From Schmidtea polychroa (Eukaryota): a stretch of DNA of 64,000 nt. The notes below the pieces were generated by a model that did no database searches, had not been told where the DNA came from, and saw only the letters and a list, made by a program, of their open reading frames with translations. Each line of letters begins with the position of its first letter. Position 1 is the first letter of the stretch. The stretch covers positions 81,012,397 through 81,076,396 of the forward strand of contig CM097887.1 of assembly GCA_044892525.1 (NCBI GenBank). The letters are read 5' to 3'. The translations under genes were made by a program, and so were the position numbers. Positions 23,926 through 35,675 of the stretch are shown here, piece after piece.

Positions 23926-26819
23926 CTTTAGGCCCTTCAGTTATCCCAGCAACAACAGTTAAATAAAAATTAATGCAATTAAACAGGCCAAATATTTGTG
24001 AATTTGAGTATTACAGATTTATTTTGTTGTAGGTTTTACTTTATTATTAAATTTTTAAAAGCAATGCTTTCAAAAGGAAAGATTCGATACTAGACCAAAA
24101 AAATCTAACTTGAAACACACCTGCTTCATGACTTCTTCAGGGCGAAATATGCTAATTTAAATTTAATATAACCATTTTAATATAACCTAACCTTTTCTCT
24201 GTTTTCATTGGACAAATGAGAGTTTGATTCTTGGTTTCTTATTGGTCAGTGGCATTTAGCAAGGTGTCATTAATATTTGTAAGCGTCTATTGGCTATGAT
24301 TGCAATTGGAAGCGTGATGCTGAAAATCTATAAAAATGAAAAGGAAATGTGGATATCAAAGACTCGGAAATATGCGTAGAGTAGACTCGACTCAGCCCAT
24401 ATTATTAAGCATAGAGTGACAGTCGATTTTTAGAGTTTGATCTTTTCCAATTATTTCAATAATATATGAAAAATATAGTTTTATTTATATTTTAGTGGGA
24501 ATTCTTACGTGACTCCTCGTACCGTGAATACAAGATTCGATGCCTCATTGATCACGTTGCAAATGATGATCAGGTACTACCGGTTATAAATATAGTCATA
24601 TTTGTTTAATACGTTCTATTGTTATTGTTAAAAAAAACGACTCTTAAAGCCGATTACCGTAATTACCCGTATATAATACGCTTTTTCCTTATTCTTTTGG
24701 ATGACAATTGTGGTGCGTATTATACAAGAATACAACAATAAACAATTTGGTCCTGCTTAGAAACTTTTCTGAGAAACCAGTATGGGTAAGGAAAGTAAAG
24801 AATATATTGTTACAAAAATGTTAGTTAATTTTTAATGGTGTATATTATATTTGGGTGTGTACCTCATCTGAATAATTACGGTATTTATTAATAAATGTAA
24901 CACTCAAAGGATATCTAATAGCAAGGTAGCATCGGTTGTCAGTAAGAATAAACTGAAAACTGCAAAATAAAATCAACTCTTCATCAGAAGAAAAAGATTT
25001 TTGAGTTGACATCACTTTTCTTGGACAGTGAATTTCTCATAATAAAAATTAATTTAAAAATAATTAATTGAATTATGAATTGAAAAACCAACATATTTTC
25101 AGAATAAAAATGAAAGCTGATGGTAAGTAAAAAAATAAATGCTGATTTTATTGGATATAGTTTTATTCATATAAGAGAAGCGATCTGTTATGGGTTTGTT
25201 ACTGTCTCTTTGTATTACGTCTTTTGTAGCGGTGTTCAATTAAAAAATATTCTAATACAAATGTTTTAAGATATCCATCTTTTCTGTATTTTGCATTTGT
25301 CAGAGCAGTTACTTTTGGTTCTATTCTTTTCACTATTGGTAGAGATATTTTGTTTAGAATTGAGGCATGATTTATCTAAGGTGAATGGAGTTGCCACAAG
25401 GAGTTCCAAAACTCCTATTTAAAACTAATAGTTTAAATGTTATAATTGCGATCATTTAGTTGATATAATTATTATTGTTAAATTTGCATATTAAAATTTA
25501 TATTAGATTATCTTTTAAATTATTTTTAAATAAAAGTAATTATATTTGTGACCAATAGTGATCAATATTAATAATTACTGTTTCGGCCGATCAAGTTTAA
25601 CTAGATTTTGTGTTTGTGTGTTGGAGCGAAGTGGGATTTTCTGAGTGTGTGTTCTGATTGCATCTGTCTGCGCGTTTGATTTCTGGATGTTTGATTGATT
25701 TGATTTTCTTTGGTGTTGCGTTTATTGTGATTATTCGCGCTGTGTGTGAGTTGGTATTTTATTTTGGACAGTGATATTTGTGGCATTTTAACTATTCGAT
25801 TTTCTGTTGTTGATTATATTGGAGGTTTTTCGGTTGTTTGATTACATAAATTACATTATCGCTCTTTGTTAAAAGTTGGGAATAATCTCTGTTATTTGTG
25901 GATGAAATAAATTGTTTTTGAAATTGAAAATTTTTCCTTTATCATTTAAAAGCATAAATCGGAATTTTCTGTGATTCTGGAATTTCTTTTAGAATTTTTA
26001 AATGATTTTCGATATCAAAAAAGGTGAATCAATTTTAATACCAATGCATATAGCAGAAACTTTAATGAATACAGAGAAGATAACAGCGATGAAGTGTGAT
26101 ATGAAAGGTTCTTTTAGTGATTCAATCATTGACTCATGGAACAAAAATAAGAATATTTTCAAATAGCGCCCAAAAATTGCACAAATAATAAATTTTGAAC
26201 TTTTTATTTTAGTTTAATAAGTATTTCACAGATGTCATAGTTTCTCTTCGAAATTTGATACTTTGTTTATAAGATCTTTGTCATCTACTATAGGTTGATA
26301 TCTAAAGAACTAAAAATATTTGATATCAAATTCGTAAGGCTTTAATCAAAATTTATTTATATAAAGTATTTAATAATTAAAATACAAAATCGATATAATT
26401 AAATAAAAAATAAAGCTATTAAATTTCATGATCCCATATTTAGACGAAAACCTTAAATATTTTTTTCAAGAATAAAGTTAAGTGATTTACATGGTATTGT
26501 GGATAATATTTTATACAATGAAATCTTTTAAATAAATCAGTGAAACATAATTATGTACAATATTGCAATAAATTATTATTTTTATACTTATTGAATAAAT
26601 TGTAATATACACCCATCCCTCACTTAACACGGATTACGGGTAGTTGATAGATTCTTAAAGATTTAATTAGAAATTTTGTTAAATTAAAAAATATATTTTT
26701 ATTGAAAAATATTTTTAAAGGAAAATGGAAATTTGTTTAAATAACAAAAATAAGGAAGACAAGTTTTTGAGTGTATAATTTATTAAATAAAATGTATGGA
26801 ATTATTTAGTGATTTGAAA

Positions 26820-26940
26820 ACAGATGTTAATGTCCTAACGGATGAGAATCTTAATACGGATGAAGGGTTTTATGCGGCTTAACAGATATTTAATGCTAAT
26901 GAAATATGTCTTCTTTGGAAGAAAAATGAACCTATTCCCT
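26820..26940 (+). pseudogene. Tigger-like transposase fragment
   Basis: QIFNANEICLLWKK resembles the Tigger QxFNxDETGLFWK motif. Confidence 0.4.
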
Positions 26941-27289
26941 CTTTTCCATTCATTGGTAGTTTTGCTTCACACGGTTTCGTTTAACACGGTAATCTATCAG
27001 AACTTATCTTCCATGTTAAGTGAGGGATTGATATAAAATTCAGTGATTATAATAAATTATATTTCAATAAAACCTGATCCGAAGAGACAGGTGTGTCCTT
27101 TTAAGGGACGAGCTTCGGCTGGTAGCCAAAACTGAGCTGCTTCCACTTTGTACTTTTCAATCATCGTAGTCCCGCACTTTTTACAGATCAGAATTAGTAG
27201 GGCAATTTTGCTTAAATAAATTTGAATTTGGATTTTGTAATTATTTTGTTATTTGGTAGCTATTTGGAATGTTGTTTGGAGGGTTAATT

Positions 27290-27500
27290 GGAATGCTTCT
27301 TCTAATGTTGTTTCAAATGTTGTAGTTATGTTGTTTGGAATATGATTTGGAATGTAGTTCGGAATGATGTTTGGAACGATGTTTGAAATTTAACTTGGAA
27401 TATTGCTATGAATGCCTATTTGGAGTGTTGTCCTCATCTCTGACTGGAGAATTGTTTAGGGTTGCATATTTTGTTTGGAATATGGTTGGGAGTGTTTTTA
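27290..27500. repeat. Degenerate 12-bp minisatellite (TTTGGAATGATG-like)
   Basis: TTGGAA recurs with ~12-bp spacing. No frame stays open across it. Confidence 0.55.
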
Positions 27501-28660
27501 TTACAGTATATAGGTAACTATTTTTATATATTAACTTAAGACAACAACAAGGAATATTACTGCTATCTCCAGACATAAAAAATCACCATCGCGATGCAAA
27601 TATAAGATAAAAATGGGGCCATCACAATGCAACAGAAAACACTAAAAACGTCTAACAAAGCTAAAATGAGCCATCACACAATATAGAAAAACGGTTAANN
27701 NNNNNNNNNNNNNNNNNNNNNNNNNNNNNNNNNNNNNNNNNNNNNNNNNNNNNNNNNNNNNNNNNNNNNNNNNNNNNNNNNNNNNNNNNNNNNNNNNNNN
27801 NNNNNNNNNNNNNNNNNNNNNNNNNNNNNNNNNNNNNNNNNNNNNNNNNNNNAAGATGCTGTCCATATATCCTATAACTTGTAAATAATCGTTGTTTTAA
27901 TGCATTTCTTGCTAGTATGTCTATTTCCTTATCAGTTAGTTCTATATCTCTTAAAGGTTTATTGTTTTCATTATCCCATGTACCTAGTGTACACAGCACC
28001 GGCGCTAGAGTTTCAGATGATGTGTGAAAATTGCATATTACCGCCTTCGCATTCTATAATAAGAGTAAAAAAACGATAAACTATTTTTCAAAACAAAAAT
28101 ATTTTTCACAGATGGAACAATATTGTTCAAATTGGACTAGTTATTAAACAATAGAATGGAAATTGTTATGAAAATAACAAATTTCTGTACAATTTTGCCG
28201 CCTTTTGTATTTTTCCGCCGTGGCGCCTGCGTGAAAATCACGCATCGTACCCGCTCACGCCGGGCCTGAGTGTACATACAACTTAGGCGGATAATGTTTA
28301 TTTAGTTTTGTTTATTTTACCCGTTTCAAGAGCCAGGCTTGTGTGAGCTGAAAATAGTTGAATTGATTTAGAAATTCTAGAAAAATATGTTTTACAAATT
28401 TCATGACACTTGAGCCCGCGTTTCAAGGGTTTTGATGCTTCAGACAGAAATTGTTGCTTTAAAATATTAGCATCCTAAACTTGACTGTAATCAGTAGTCT
28501 GATTTTCGAATAAATAATTTTTTGATGAATGTCAATCAAATGAAAGAAATTGACAATAAAATTAATTTTAGATATCAACTCTAAGTCGAAATCCCTTTTC
28601 CGACCAAAGGTTAATGTATGATGATTTTATTAAGATTTTTGTTTCATTGATAGTTTGATT

Positions 28661-28890
28661 CCAGAGGAAATGGCGGATTGGACACTTTTGACATTATCTA
28701 TGATGGTAAAGAATTGGATCAAGACAATCAGATCAACTCCATTACAACCGATATTGAGAAATATAAACATAATCATTCACAAGATGAATATCCAACAATC
28801 GAGTCCTCGCCAATAACAGATCTTTTAACAACTTATTCAAATACTTCACCAAAGAAATTAAATCTCAAGGAAGAGAAAAGACCAAATCAA
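28661..28890 (+). CDS. Probable internal exon of an unidentified host gene
   Basis: Acceptor TTGATTCCAG, the open frame of ORF 28678-28899, and donor CAA|GTAATT. Confidence 0.35.
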
Positions 28891-29019
28891 GTAATTTAAA
28901 GAATCATTCAGTTAAATTTAATTTAAATGCTATCATTTTTAAGTAAATAGATTGGCCACTGATGTATCAACTCCCCCCCTCTACTGAGAAATTTTTACCC
29001 TAAAATTCCTAGTATTTTT

Positions 29020-29420
29020 ATGTAGGTCAACTCAAATTTTATGTTTTCACAATTTCAAAATTATTGATTTTTAATGTTTTGTTCACGAAATTTTTCAGTT
29101 TAAAGTAGGGCAAATCAATTTTAAAAACACGTCACAACTGGATAAATTTAGATCAAATAAAAAATAAGTAGATCAAATTAGAATTATTGATTTTTAACGA
29201 TTTTAAATGTTTTTTCACGAAATGTTTTGGAGTTTTATGTAGGTCAAACTTACACACTATATACTTTAATTAAATCGAGTTTAAAAACCGACCACCACTG
29301 GATCAATCTAGGTCTAATCAAAAATAAGTAAATCAAATCAAAATTATTGACTTTTAATGATTTTCAATGTTTTTTCATTAAATTTTTCAGTTTTATGTAG
29401 ATCAAATATGCACACTATAT
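29020..29420. repeat. Degenerate tandem repeat (~155-175 bp unit)
   Basis: AATTATTGA(T/C)TTTTAA...TTTTTCA..AAAT...GTTTTA.GTAG..CAAA appears three times. Confidence 0.55.
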
Positions 29421-29988
29421 AGTTTAATATTAAATATCTATACATACATACTTTGGAGGTAGAAAATTTGTGCCTGTGTAATGGGCAATAAATAAAGGAT
29501 ATTTCAACAACTTTTATGAAAATACATGTAATTTTGTTAAAATTTAATGGTTCAAAATGTGTGTCTGTATATGAAAACGTTAATAAAGGGGAAATTTAAA
29601 GGGAAAACGACAAATTGAAATGTAAATTTACGACACAGGTTCTATGATAACCAGTTATATGTCATTAGATAGAAGAAATTCTCTACATGTCCATTATGCA
29701 CTTACATCGCACTTATCATTGTTCTTCATGCACTTGCATAACCTACAAAAAAAATCAATAATTTTGATTTTAACTCTATTGATCCAGCGATGGCCAATCC
29801 ATCTACTTTTTTTACTACTTGATTTANNNNNNNNNNNNNNNNNNNNNNNNNNNNNNNNNNNNNNNNNNNNNNNNNNNNNNNNNNNNNNNNNNNNNNNNNN
29901 NNNNNNNNNNNNNNNNNNNNNNNNNNNNNNNNNNNNNNNNNNNNNNNNNNNNNNNNNNNNNNNNNNNNNNNNNNNNNNNNNNNNNNNN

Positions 29989-30245
29989 ATGACGAACGCA
30001 GTGCTGATACCGAATATTCGGCATTAAACTTAAAATTCACGATTCATGACCAAGTGATGAATCGGTACAACAATTTAACCTCTATCAAATCTAAAAAGAA
30101 AAGCATCAGCCCTGTATCAGCTCCGGATATAGTAGAAAAGGATTGGGCAAATGAATATATTCGATCAAATCTGGTAGTTCCCCCAATGATCTATCTTTTA
30201 ATTGCATTTTTGATGGGCGCCATGTTTGGAATGATATTTCTTTGA
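29989..30245 (+). CDS. Terminal exon of a tail-anchored membrane protein (VAP-like), 5' part lost in the N gap
   Basis: The frame is open from the gap edge (DERSADTEYSALNLKF...) to a C-terminal TM, IYLLIAFLMGAMFGMIFL*. Confidence 0.5.
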
Positions 30246-31073
30246 ATTTTCTTTAATAGATGCTACTTTGATGTTTTTCTATTCCTTTTGCAAATTTAGG
30301 TGTTGTCAATAAATGCGTTGATTTTATGTTTCTGTGTCCATAGCTCCCACCTTTCTTACTTAATAACGTTGGTAGCTTACATGAAATTTTTAGATTTTTC
30401 CGATTGTTGAGTTCGGTATTCTTATACATTTGGTCTCCTATAAACAGCAAATCAGATTTCAAAAAAAACTTATTGAATAAAAGACACTAATAACAATTGT
30501 TTTCTGATTACAACATTTAGGTACTAAATTCATATAAAAATATACAGTTTATTCTTGAAACAAAACCTACTTTGTTGACTTCTATATATTTGCGTTTTGA
30601 GTGATGCGGCTGCTGATTTTACGCAACTTTTATCGGTTAGCGTTATTTTTGTAACTCGGAAGATATTCTTACTGAGCTGTAACACAGGCAATTAGGGCAA
30701 TTTGTTTTTTTTTATTATTTTTTAACTGACTGTAATCAATCAGTGACGGTTGAAAATAAATAAATAAATTTGTTTTCAAAAAATAAGTTATTAGAAATGG
30801 AAACATTTATCTTATGGTTTCATCTTTGATGTTTTCTTAATTCAATAATTTTTATATTAATATTTGTATGCAAAGCCTGGCCCCGTACTTTGGAAAGTTT
30901 ATATAATATTATTATTAAATACAAGAAAAAAAATAGAAATTTACACAATATATTAAAATTTCCTTCGATTCAATCAGTTTTTTTAAAAGTTTTTTTTTAA
31001 AAAAGCATTTTAAAAAAATCACAAACATTAAATTTTTAAAATGCCTTTTTAAACCTAAAAAAAATGTTTACAT

Positions 31074-31541
31074 CAGTGCTTTTTTTCTGGAAAAAAAGTT
31101 GCCGGAACGTATCTGTACTATCCTTTATATGCAAAAAAATGACGCTGAAATTAGCTAACAAATAAAATAATTATGCAGGACACAAAATATACACTTATTA
31201 GTTATTAGTAACTTATTACCGATAAATTTTATAATGTAGAAAAAATGTAAAGAAAAATGAAATCGTAAAGTTGGTTATAGCAAATTCCATAATTTTTTTC
31301 CAATTTTAGTCAGACAAATCATCTCGACTCCTTTCCTTGCTCTTAGTGTCTACAGCAGAATGTCTTCCCCGAAGTAACCATAAATCAACATACTTCGAAG
31401 GATTTGATTTTAATTGACTATTTGAAATGTCTGAAATAGAAATAAGACAAAAAACCAAAACATGTCAATTTTTTAAAATCATTCAGCGAAAAAAGGTGCC
31501 GGAACGCCGTTCCGGAGCGTTCCGTCAGAAAAGAAGCACTG
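31074..31541. mobile_element. hAT MITE
   Basis: TIRs CAGTGCTT(T/C)TTTTCTG and a perfect 8-bp TSD GTTTACAT. Confidence 0.9.
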
Positions 31542-31904
31542 GTTTACATTATTATGTTTGTTAATTTAAATAGGAAAAATTTAATGGCTCCCGAATGGTG
31601 GAAATGCAAATTTGAACTGTTTTTAAAGAAAATTCAAATTTATTCACATAGTTGGCTTTGTTTTATAAATATTGGAAAACAAAAAGACTTTGGAACTTTG
31701 TTTTTTTGGCAATATAGTATGAGAATTCGACCTGTTGGTTGGTGTCCTGTCGTTCTATATTTAAATTTGACTTTTTTGCTAAATTTGTATTATTTCTAGT
31801 GTTTGTGTTTATAATTTAATAGTTTATATTATAATTCTTATTGGTAAATAGGTAAATAGCAGATTTGTCTATATTTTTATATTGTATACATTTAAGTTGG
31901 CAAA

Positions 31905-32003
31905 ATGGGAGGAGATCGAGATCGAGGAAAAAAATATTTAAGTGGAAGTAAAAAACTTAAGAACAAATTAAAGAGTGAACTACTGGCGAAAACAAAGTAA
32001 TAG
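31905..32003 (+). pseudogene. 5' end of the hAT transposase ORF split by the Gypsy insertion
   Basis: MGGDRDRGKKYLSGSKKLK... matches the LSG.xK.K start of ZMYM1-like transposases. Across the ATAG TSD it continues (with one frameshift) as SMLKYV at 46670. Confidence 0.55.
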
Positions 32004-33150
32004 TGTTAAGATCGAAAAACGGGGACTAAAGATCCTAACACAAATGACTCCAATAGGTTAAATAAATGAAAAAAAGATATAAATGAATATAAATAAATTA
32101 TATTTAATGTGGTTGCGCGTTTAATATTTAAATTACTGAGTTAAAAACAAAACAAACTCTTTCTCTGTTTATAAATATGTATTTTATAATTTACAACAGA
32201 TATTTATAATATATGTGCAAAGAATACAAGAAAACGGATTTATTAATCCTTACTGTTTACCACAGCCTGCAAGAAATCGATGGCTCCTGTGTAGCACAAC
32301 GATCGCAATTTGACCAAAAGAGTTGGGCAAGTAAGAGGGAATGATTTTGAGGCTCCCAGGGAACACTAAAGTAAAAGATCTATACTTTGTGTTCGCTTTA
32401 ATTTTACCTATTTAACGGGATACTAGTTTATCCCTTGATAATCAAATCTACCTGAATGTTTAAACAATGTTGTAGACCAATCTTCTTTACAATTCTGTGA
32501 CGACAATATTCTTAGCTCTCGATTAATTTCTGATTTTCCTTTTCCGTCTCAACTAATTTGATGATCAATTTATAGTAGAATTTCTCCGTTGATATTGATT
32601 TGAAATTGGAGCCGGAATTTCTTCGTGTGTGGGCTATTGTTTATATCCAATTTAAACAACTCGGAGTTGCGTTGAAATTAATTAAAATAAACACAGTGAT
32701 TCTTTAATCACAATAATGAACTAATTTGATCGTAAATGTTGCACTTCTAAATTAAATAATTAACACAGTGATTCTCTAATCACGTTTTCGTTTTTTTCAA
32801 AGTGATAATAATTTTCTAAATTATTGTTTCAATTTCTTTTCGAACTTTCTTGACAGTTTTTCTCGTCCGCAAGTTATCGTCAATTTTCTCGTCTATGTTT
32901 TTATCGTCCCTTGGTTCTCGTTTGAACCAGTATTTATATCACGTTATAATTATTTATTATATTAATAGTAATTTTATAATTACTATATATAGTAATAGTA
33001 TTATCAAATATTCCTATATATTACCTAAATCTATTAATAGTAATTAATAAAACCTATCTTTTATTTTCAGTAATTTTTTATTTATACTGTTTCTAAATAT
33101 AGTAATTCTTTATTTATTTTACACTCCAGGCCCCAGGCCTATCCCTAACA
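32004..33150 (-). repeat. 3' LTR
   Basis: TGTTA...TAACA termini. It matches 45520-46666; the one difference I noticed is 32670 C vs 46186 T. Confidence 0.97.
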
Positions 33151-33168
33151 AGTCTTACCCCCTAAAAG
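33151..33168 (-). promoter_or_regulatory. Polypurine tract region
   Basis: The minus strand reads TTTTAGGGGGTAAGACT immediately before the 3' LTR TGT. Confidence 0.7.
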
Positions 33169-33398
33169 ATTTTCGTCTCGAAAACAAGACAAAACCAAGA
33201 CTAAGGAAAGGCTTTTGGTAAACAGTATTACAATAAAACATAAAAATTAATCAAATAAGACAAAACACAAAAAATATAAATGTTTCAGATCACAAATAAT
33301 GAATGTCAGAACACTGAAAAACACAACTCAAATAATAGTTAAGTCATTTTGTACACATTTGAATTTGACGACACATGTTGGGTGGCAACGCTCTTGGG

Positions 33399-35615
33399 TT
33401 AGATATCCAGATCATCGGGATCTGGGTCTGGAACTTTGTAAAGGTGCACTTCCTTTGTGCTGTAGCTATTCGCAATGACGTATTGCTGCAACAACTTCTT
33501 CTTCCTCTTCTGTAAGACATCTGGCTCAAAACTCACTGCTAAAGGCTTACCATCCAGAGCACTTGTTAATATGACTGTAGACACCACGTAAGGGATCCCG
33601 TCTACGTCATAAACATCATATTTTTGGTTATTATTGACTGCCATTCTCGTGACTGGTTGGCAGTCATACTCCTTCGCTCTGGGTTTCCATTTACTATCCG
33701 GACGTTTGTACCACATTGGTTCGAAACCGTCCACATCAACCGAAACTGGTTTCTTGATGATATTCTCCTTGGCAATCTTTAACAACTTCTGCCTTACCAC
33801 AGGTTCAGATTTAACCTTTATTGCTTCCTGCATCTCCTTAACCGGAGGTTGAAAGGCAACTTCCATAATGTCATCATCTGGTTCGCTGAATATCTTTTGA
33901 GGTTTAATAGTCCTATCTTCCGAACCGCTGGGTGTATCTTTTGTCGTTCCTTCCGACGGTTTAACAACTTTCTTCAACTTTAACTTCGATTTGTCTCTTT
34001 TAATGGGTAACATTTTCTTTAACATCTTTTTCACCTTGCCTCCTTCTGGATTTTCTTTTCTGACCGCATTATCCGATTTATCCTTTGGCTGATAGGCAGC
34101 TCCTGATGGTTGTTTAGGTGATTTTGCTGTCTCTATTTCACTAGCACATGTTTCATATTCATCTTCTTCTCCAATAGATATGGCTGGAGGCGGTGGTAGA
34201 TCCACAGGTGATTTCCTCTTGGGCTGGGGTTGCTCTGATGTAGATGGTTGCTCAGGTAATCTCCTCTTCTGCGTCATTTCCTGTTCAACTATCGCTGCTG
34301 TAGTTGCGGAAATGAATTCCTCCTGAGGTATCGTGATATGGTCTAACCATTCGTTACTGATATGTAAATAAACAGCACGTATTGCCAGTGCCTCATTGGT
34401 GACCACTAAATTCCTCGGTTCTCCGGGAACCGTGCGCAGGAAAGTCTTTGTCAGGAATCCCAATCGGTAGTGGCCATGAATCTTTGGGACTCCTCTGGTT
34501 TCCAATAGTTTATTTGCCGAAAGGTCACGAATACCCAAAATTCGCTGCACTGGTAGATTGGCTACCGAGATCAGATCTTTAAGTAAAATACCTACCAGTA
34601 TTTTCTTATCGCAGATCTTTCTTATCAGATGATGACAATCGTCTTCATCGAGATTTCCTCTAATGTCGGGTTCTTTTAACTTATATTGGTGCGTTTGGTA
34701 ATGTTTTACTGGATCTCTGGGAGTCACTACCGCACTCAATAAATTATTTCCTCTCATATCCATAATTGCGATTTGGATAATTGTCTCCTTCAATTCGATT
34801 CGGGATTTGGCAAAACCTGCCGATATGAAAATTGTAGCCTCATCCTCCTCGGCTTTGGTTAACTTCTTCCTCACGAATGATTTACACTGCTGTATATCAG
34901 CTTCATTTACATTATAAATCCAAGTTGGCTCGTTTTTGCTAACTATAGAGTATGGTTTCCTGAAGTCTAAGATTTCCACTACGATTATGGTGTCCACCGC
35001 CGCTGCCTGGATCATAATATTCCGTTCTCGTCCATCAGCGTGGTAAATCTCCAGAGTACACTGTTTTTCTAATTCAACAGGTAGCTCTAAACCCGCCATA
35101 AACACAGTAAATGGCCTATTGATCGCATGGATCCAAATGTTTTCTACTTTCGGACATGAACCATACTCTCTACATAGTTCCGCCAATTTTAATCTACCTT
35201 GGTTATTTATAACCGTTACCATCATTTGCCTTCGAGGCCCTCCTGGAAATTTGAAGTCGTTTGGAATATCCACTCTCCTGGGATAATACCAATAGTTTGA
35301 GGTGAGGTGATTCATCTTTGCTGCGACTGTGGTTCCGATGAACCGATATACATACTCTTCTTTATAGGTGCTATACACTTCAGTTTCCACTCGAGTTTGG
35401 GAATTGTACGTTGCTAATGGGTGTCGTCGATTTGCCTTGACTGGCGGCTTTGATTCTCTGCTATAATTCATTTTTCTAAAAATAAAATAATTAACAGCTT
35501 TTATCACTTTCGTGATAGACCCTCGCAGGGTAACCAAGGTCGACATACGCTGATGTCTGATTTTACCAATGCTCATTTGAGCCCACATTAGTCTACATAC
35601 TAATATAAATAACAT
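33399..35615 (-). CDS. Accessory ORF with a REX4/ISG20-like DEDDh exonuclease fold (catalytic residues degenerate) and a basic/acidic disordered C-terminus
   Basis: IQIAIMDMRGNNLLSAVVTPRDPVKHYQT...KKILVG...IRDLS aligns by eye with REX4-like ARVSIVN.G..YD.FVKP..VTDYRT...RILVGH...IRDTS. The DxE motif is replaced by SAG. The likely true start is ATG 35471. Confidence 0.7.
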   Translation of the reverse strand: MLFILVCRLMWAQMSIGKIRHQRMSTLVTLRGSITKVIKAVNYFIFRKMNYSRESKPPVKANRRHPLATYNSQTRVETEVYSTYKEEYVYRFIGTTVAAKMNHLTSNYWYYPRRVDIPNDFKFPGGPRRQMMVTVINNQGRLKLAELCREYGSCPKVENIWIHAINRPFTVFMAGLELPVELEKQCTLEIYHADGRERNIMIQAAAVDTIIVVEILDFRKPYSIVSKNEPTWIYNVNEADIQQCKSFVRKKLTKAEEDEATIFISAGFAKSRIELKETIIQIAIMDMRGNNLLSAVVTPRDPVKHYQTHQYKLKEPDIRGNLDEDDCHHLIRKICDKKILVGILLKDLISVANLPVQRILGIRDLSANKLLETRGVPKIHGHYRLGFLTKTFLRTVPGEPRNLVVTNEALAIRAVYLHISNEWLDHITIPQEEFISATTAAIVEQEMTQKRRLPEQPSTSEQPQPKRKSPVDLPPPPAISIGEEDEYETCASEIETAKSPKQPSGAAYQPKDKSDNAVRKENPEGGKVKKMLKKMLPIKRDKSKLKLKKVVKPSEGTTKDTPSGSEDRTIKPQKIFSEPDDDIMEVAFQPPVKEMQEAIKVKSEPVVRQKLLKIAKENIIKKPVSVDVDGFEPMWYKRPDSKWKPRAKEYDCQPVTRMAVNNNQKYDVYDVDGIPYVVSTVILTSALDGKPLAVSFEPDVLQKRKKKLLQQYVIANSYSTKEVHLYKVPDPDPDDLDI

Positions 35616-35675
35616 ATATATAAAATAAATAACTATATATATTTACACTTCCTAGTATATGGTGAGACTTTCCCC

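Noticed and set aside
27290-27500. Periodic repeats as a CRISPR array or repeat-protein gene
   Set aside because: There are no unique spacers, the context is eukaryotic, and every frame contains stops.
32850-33047. Identical 65-aa ORFs at 32850 and 46366, and identical 60-aa ORFs at 61021 and 62340
   Set aside because: They come from duplicated non-coding LTR or transposon sequence and have low-complexity AT-rich composition.
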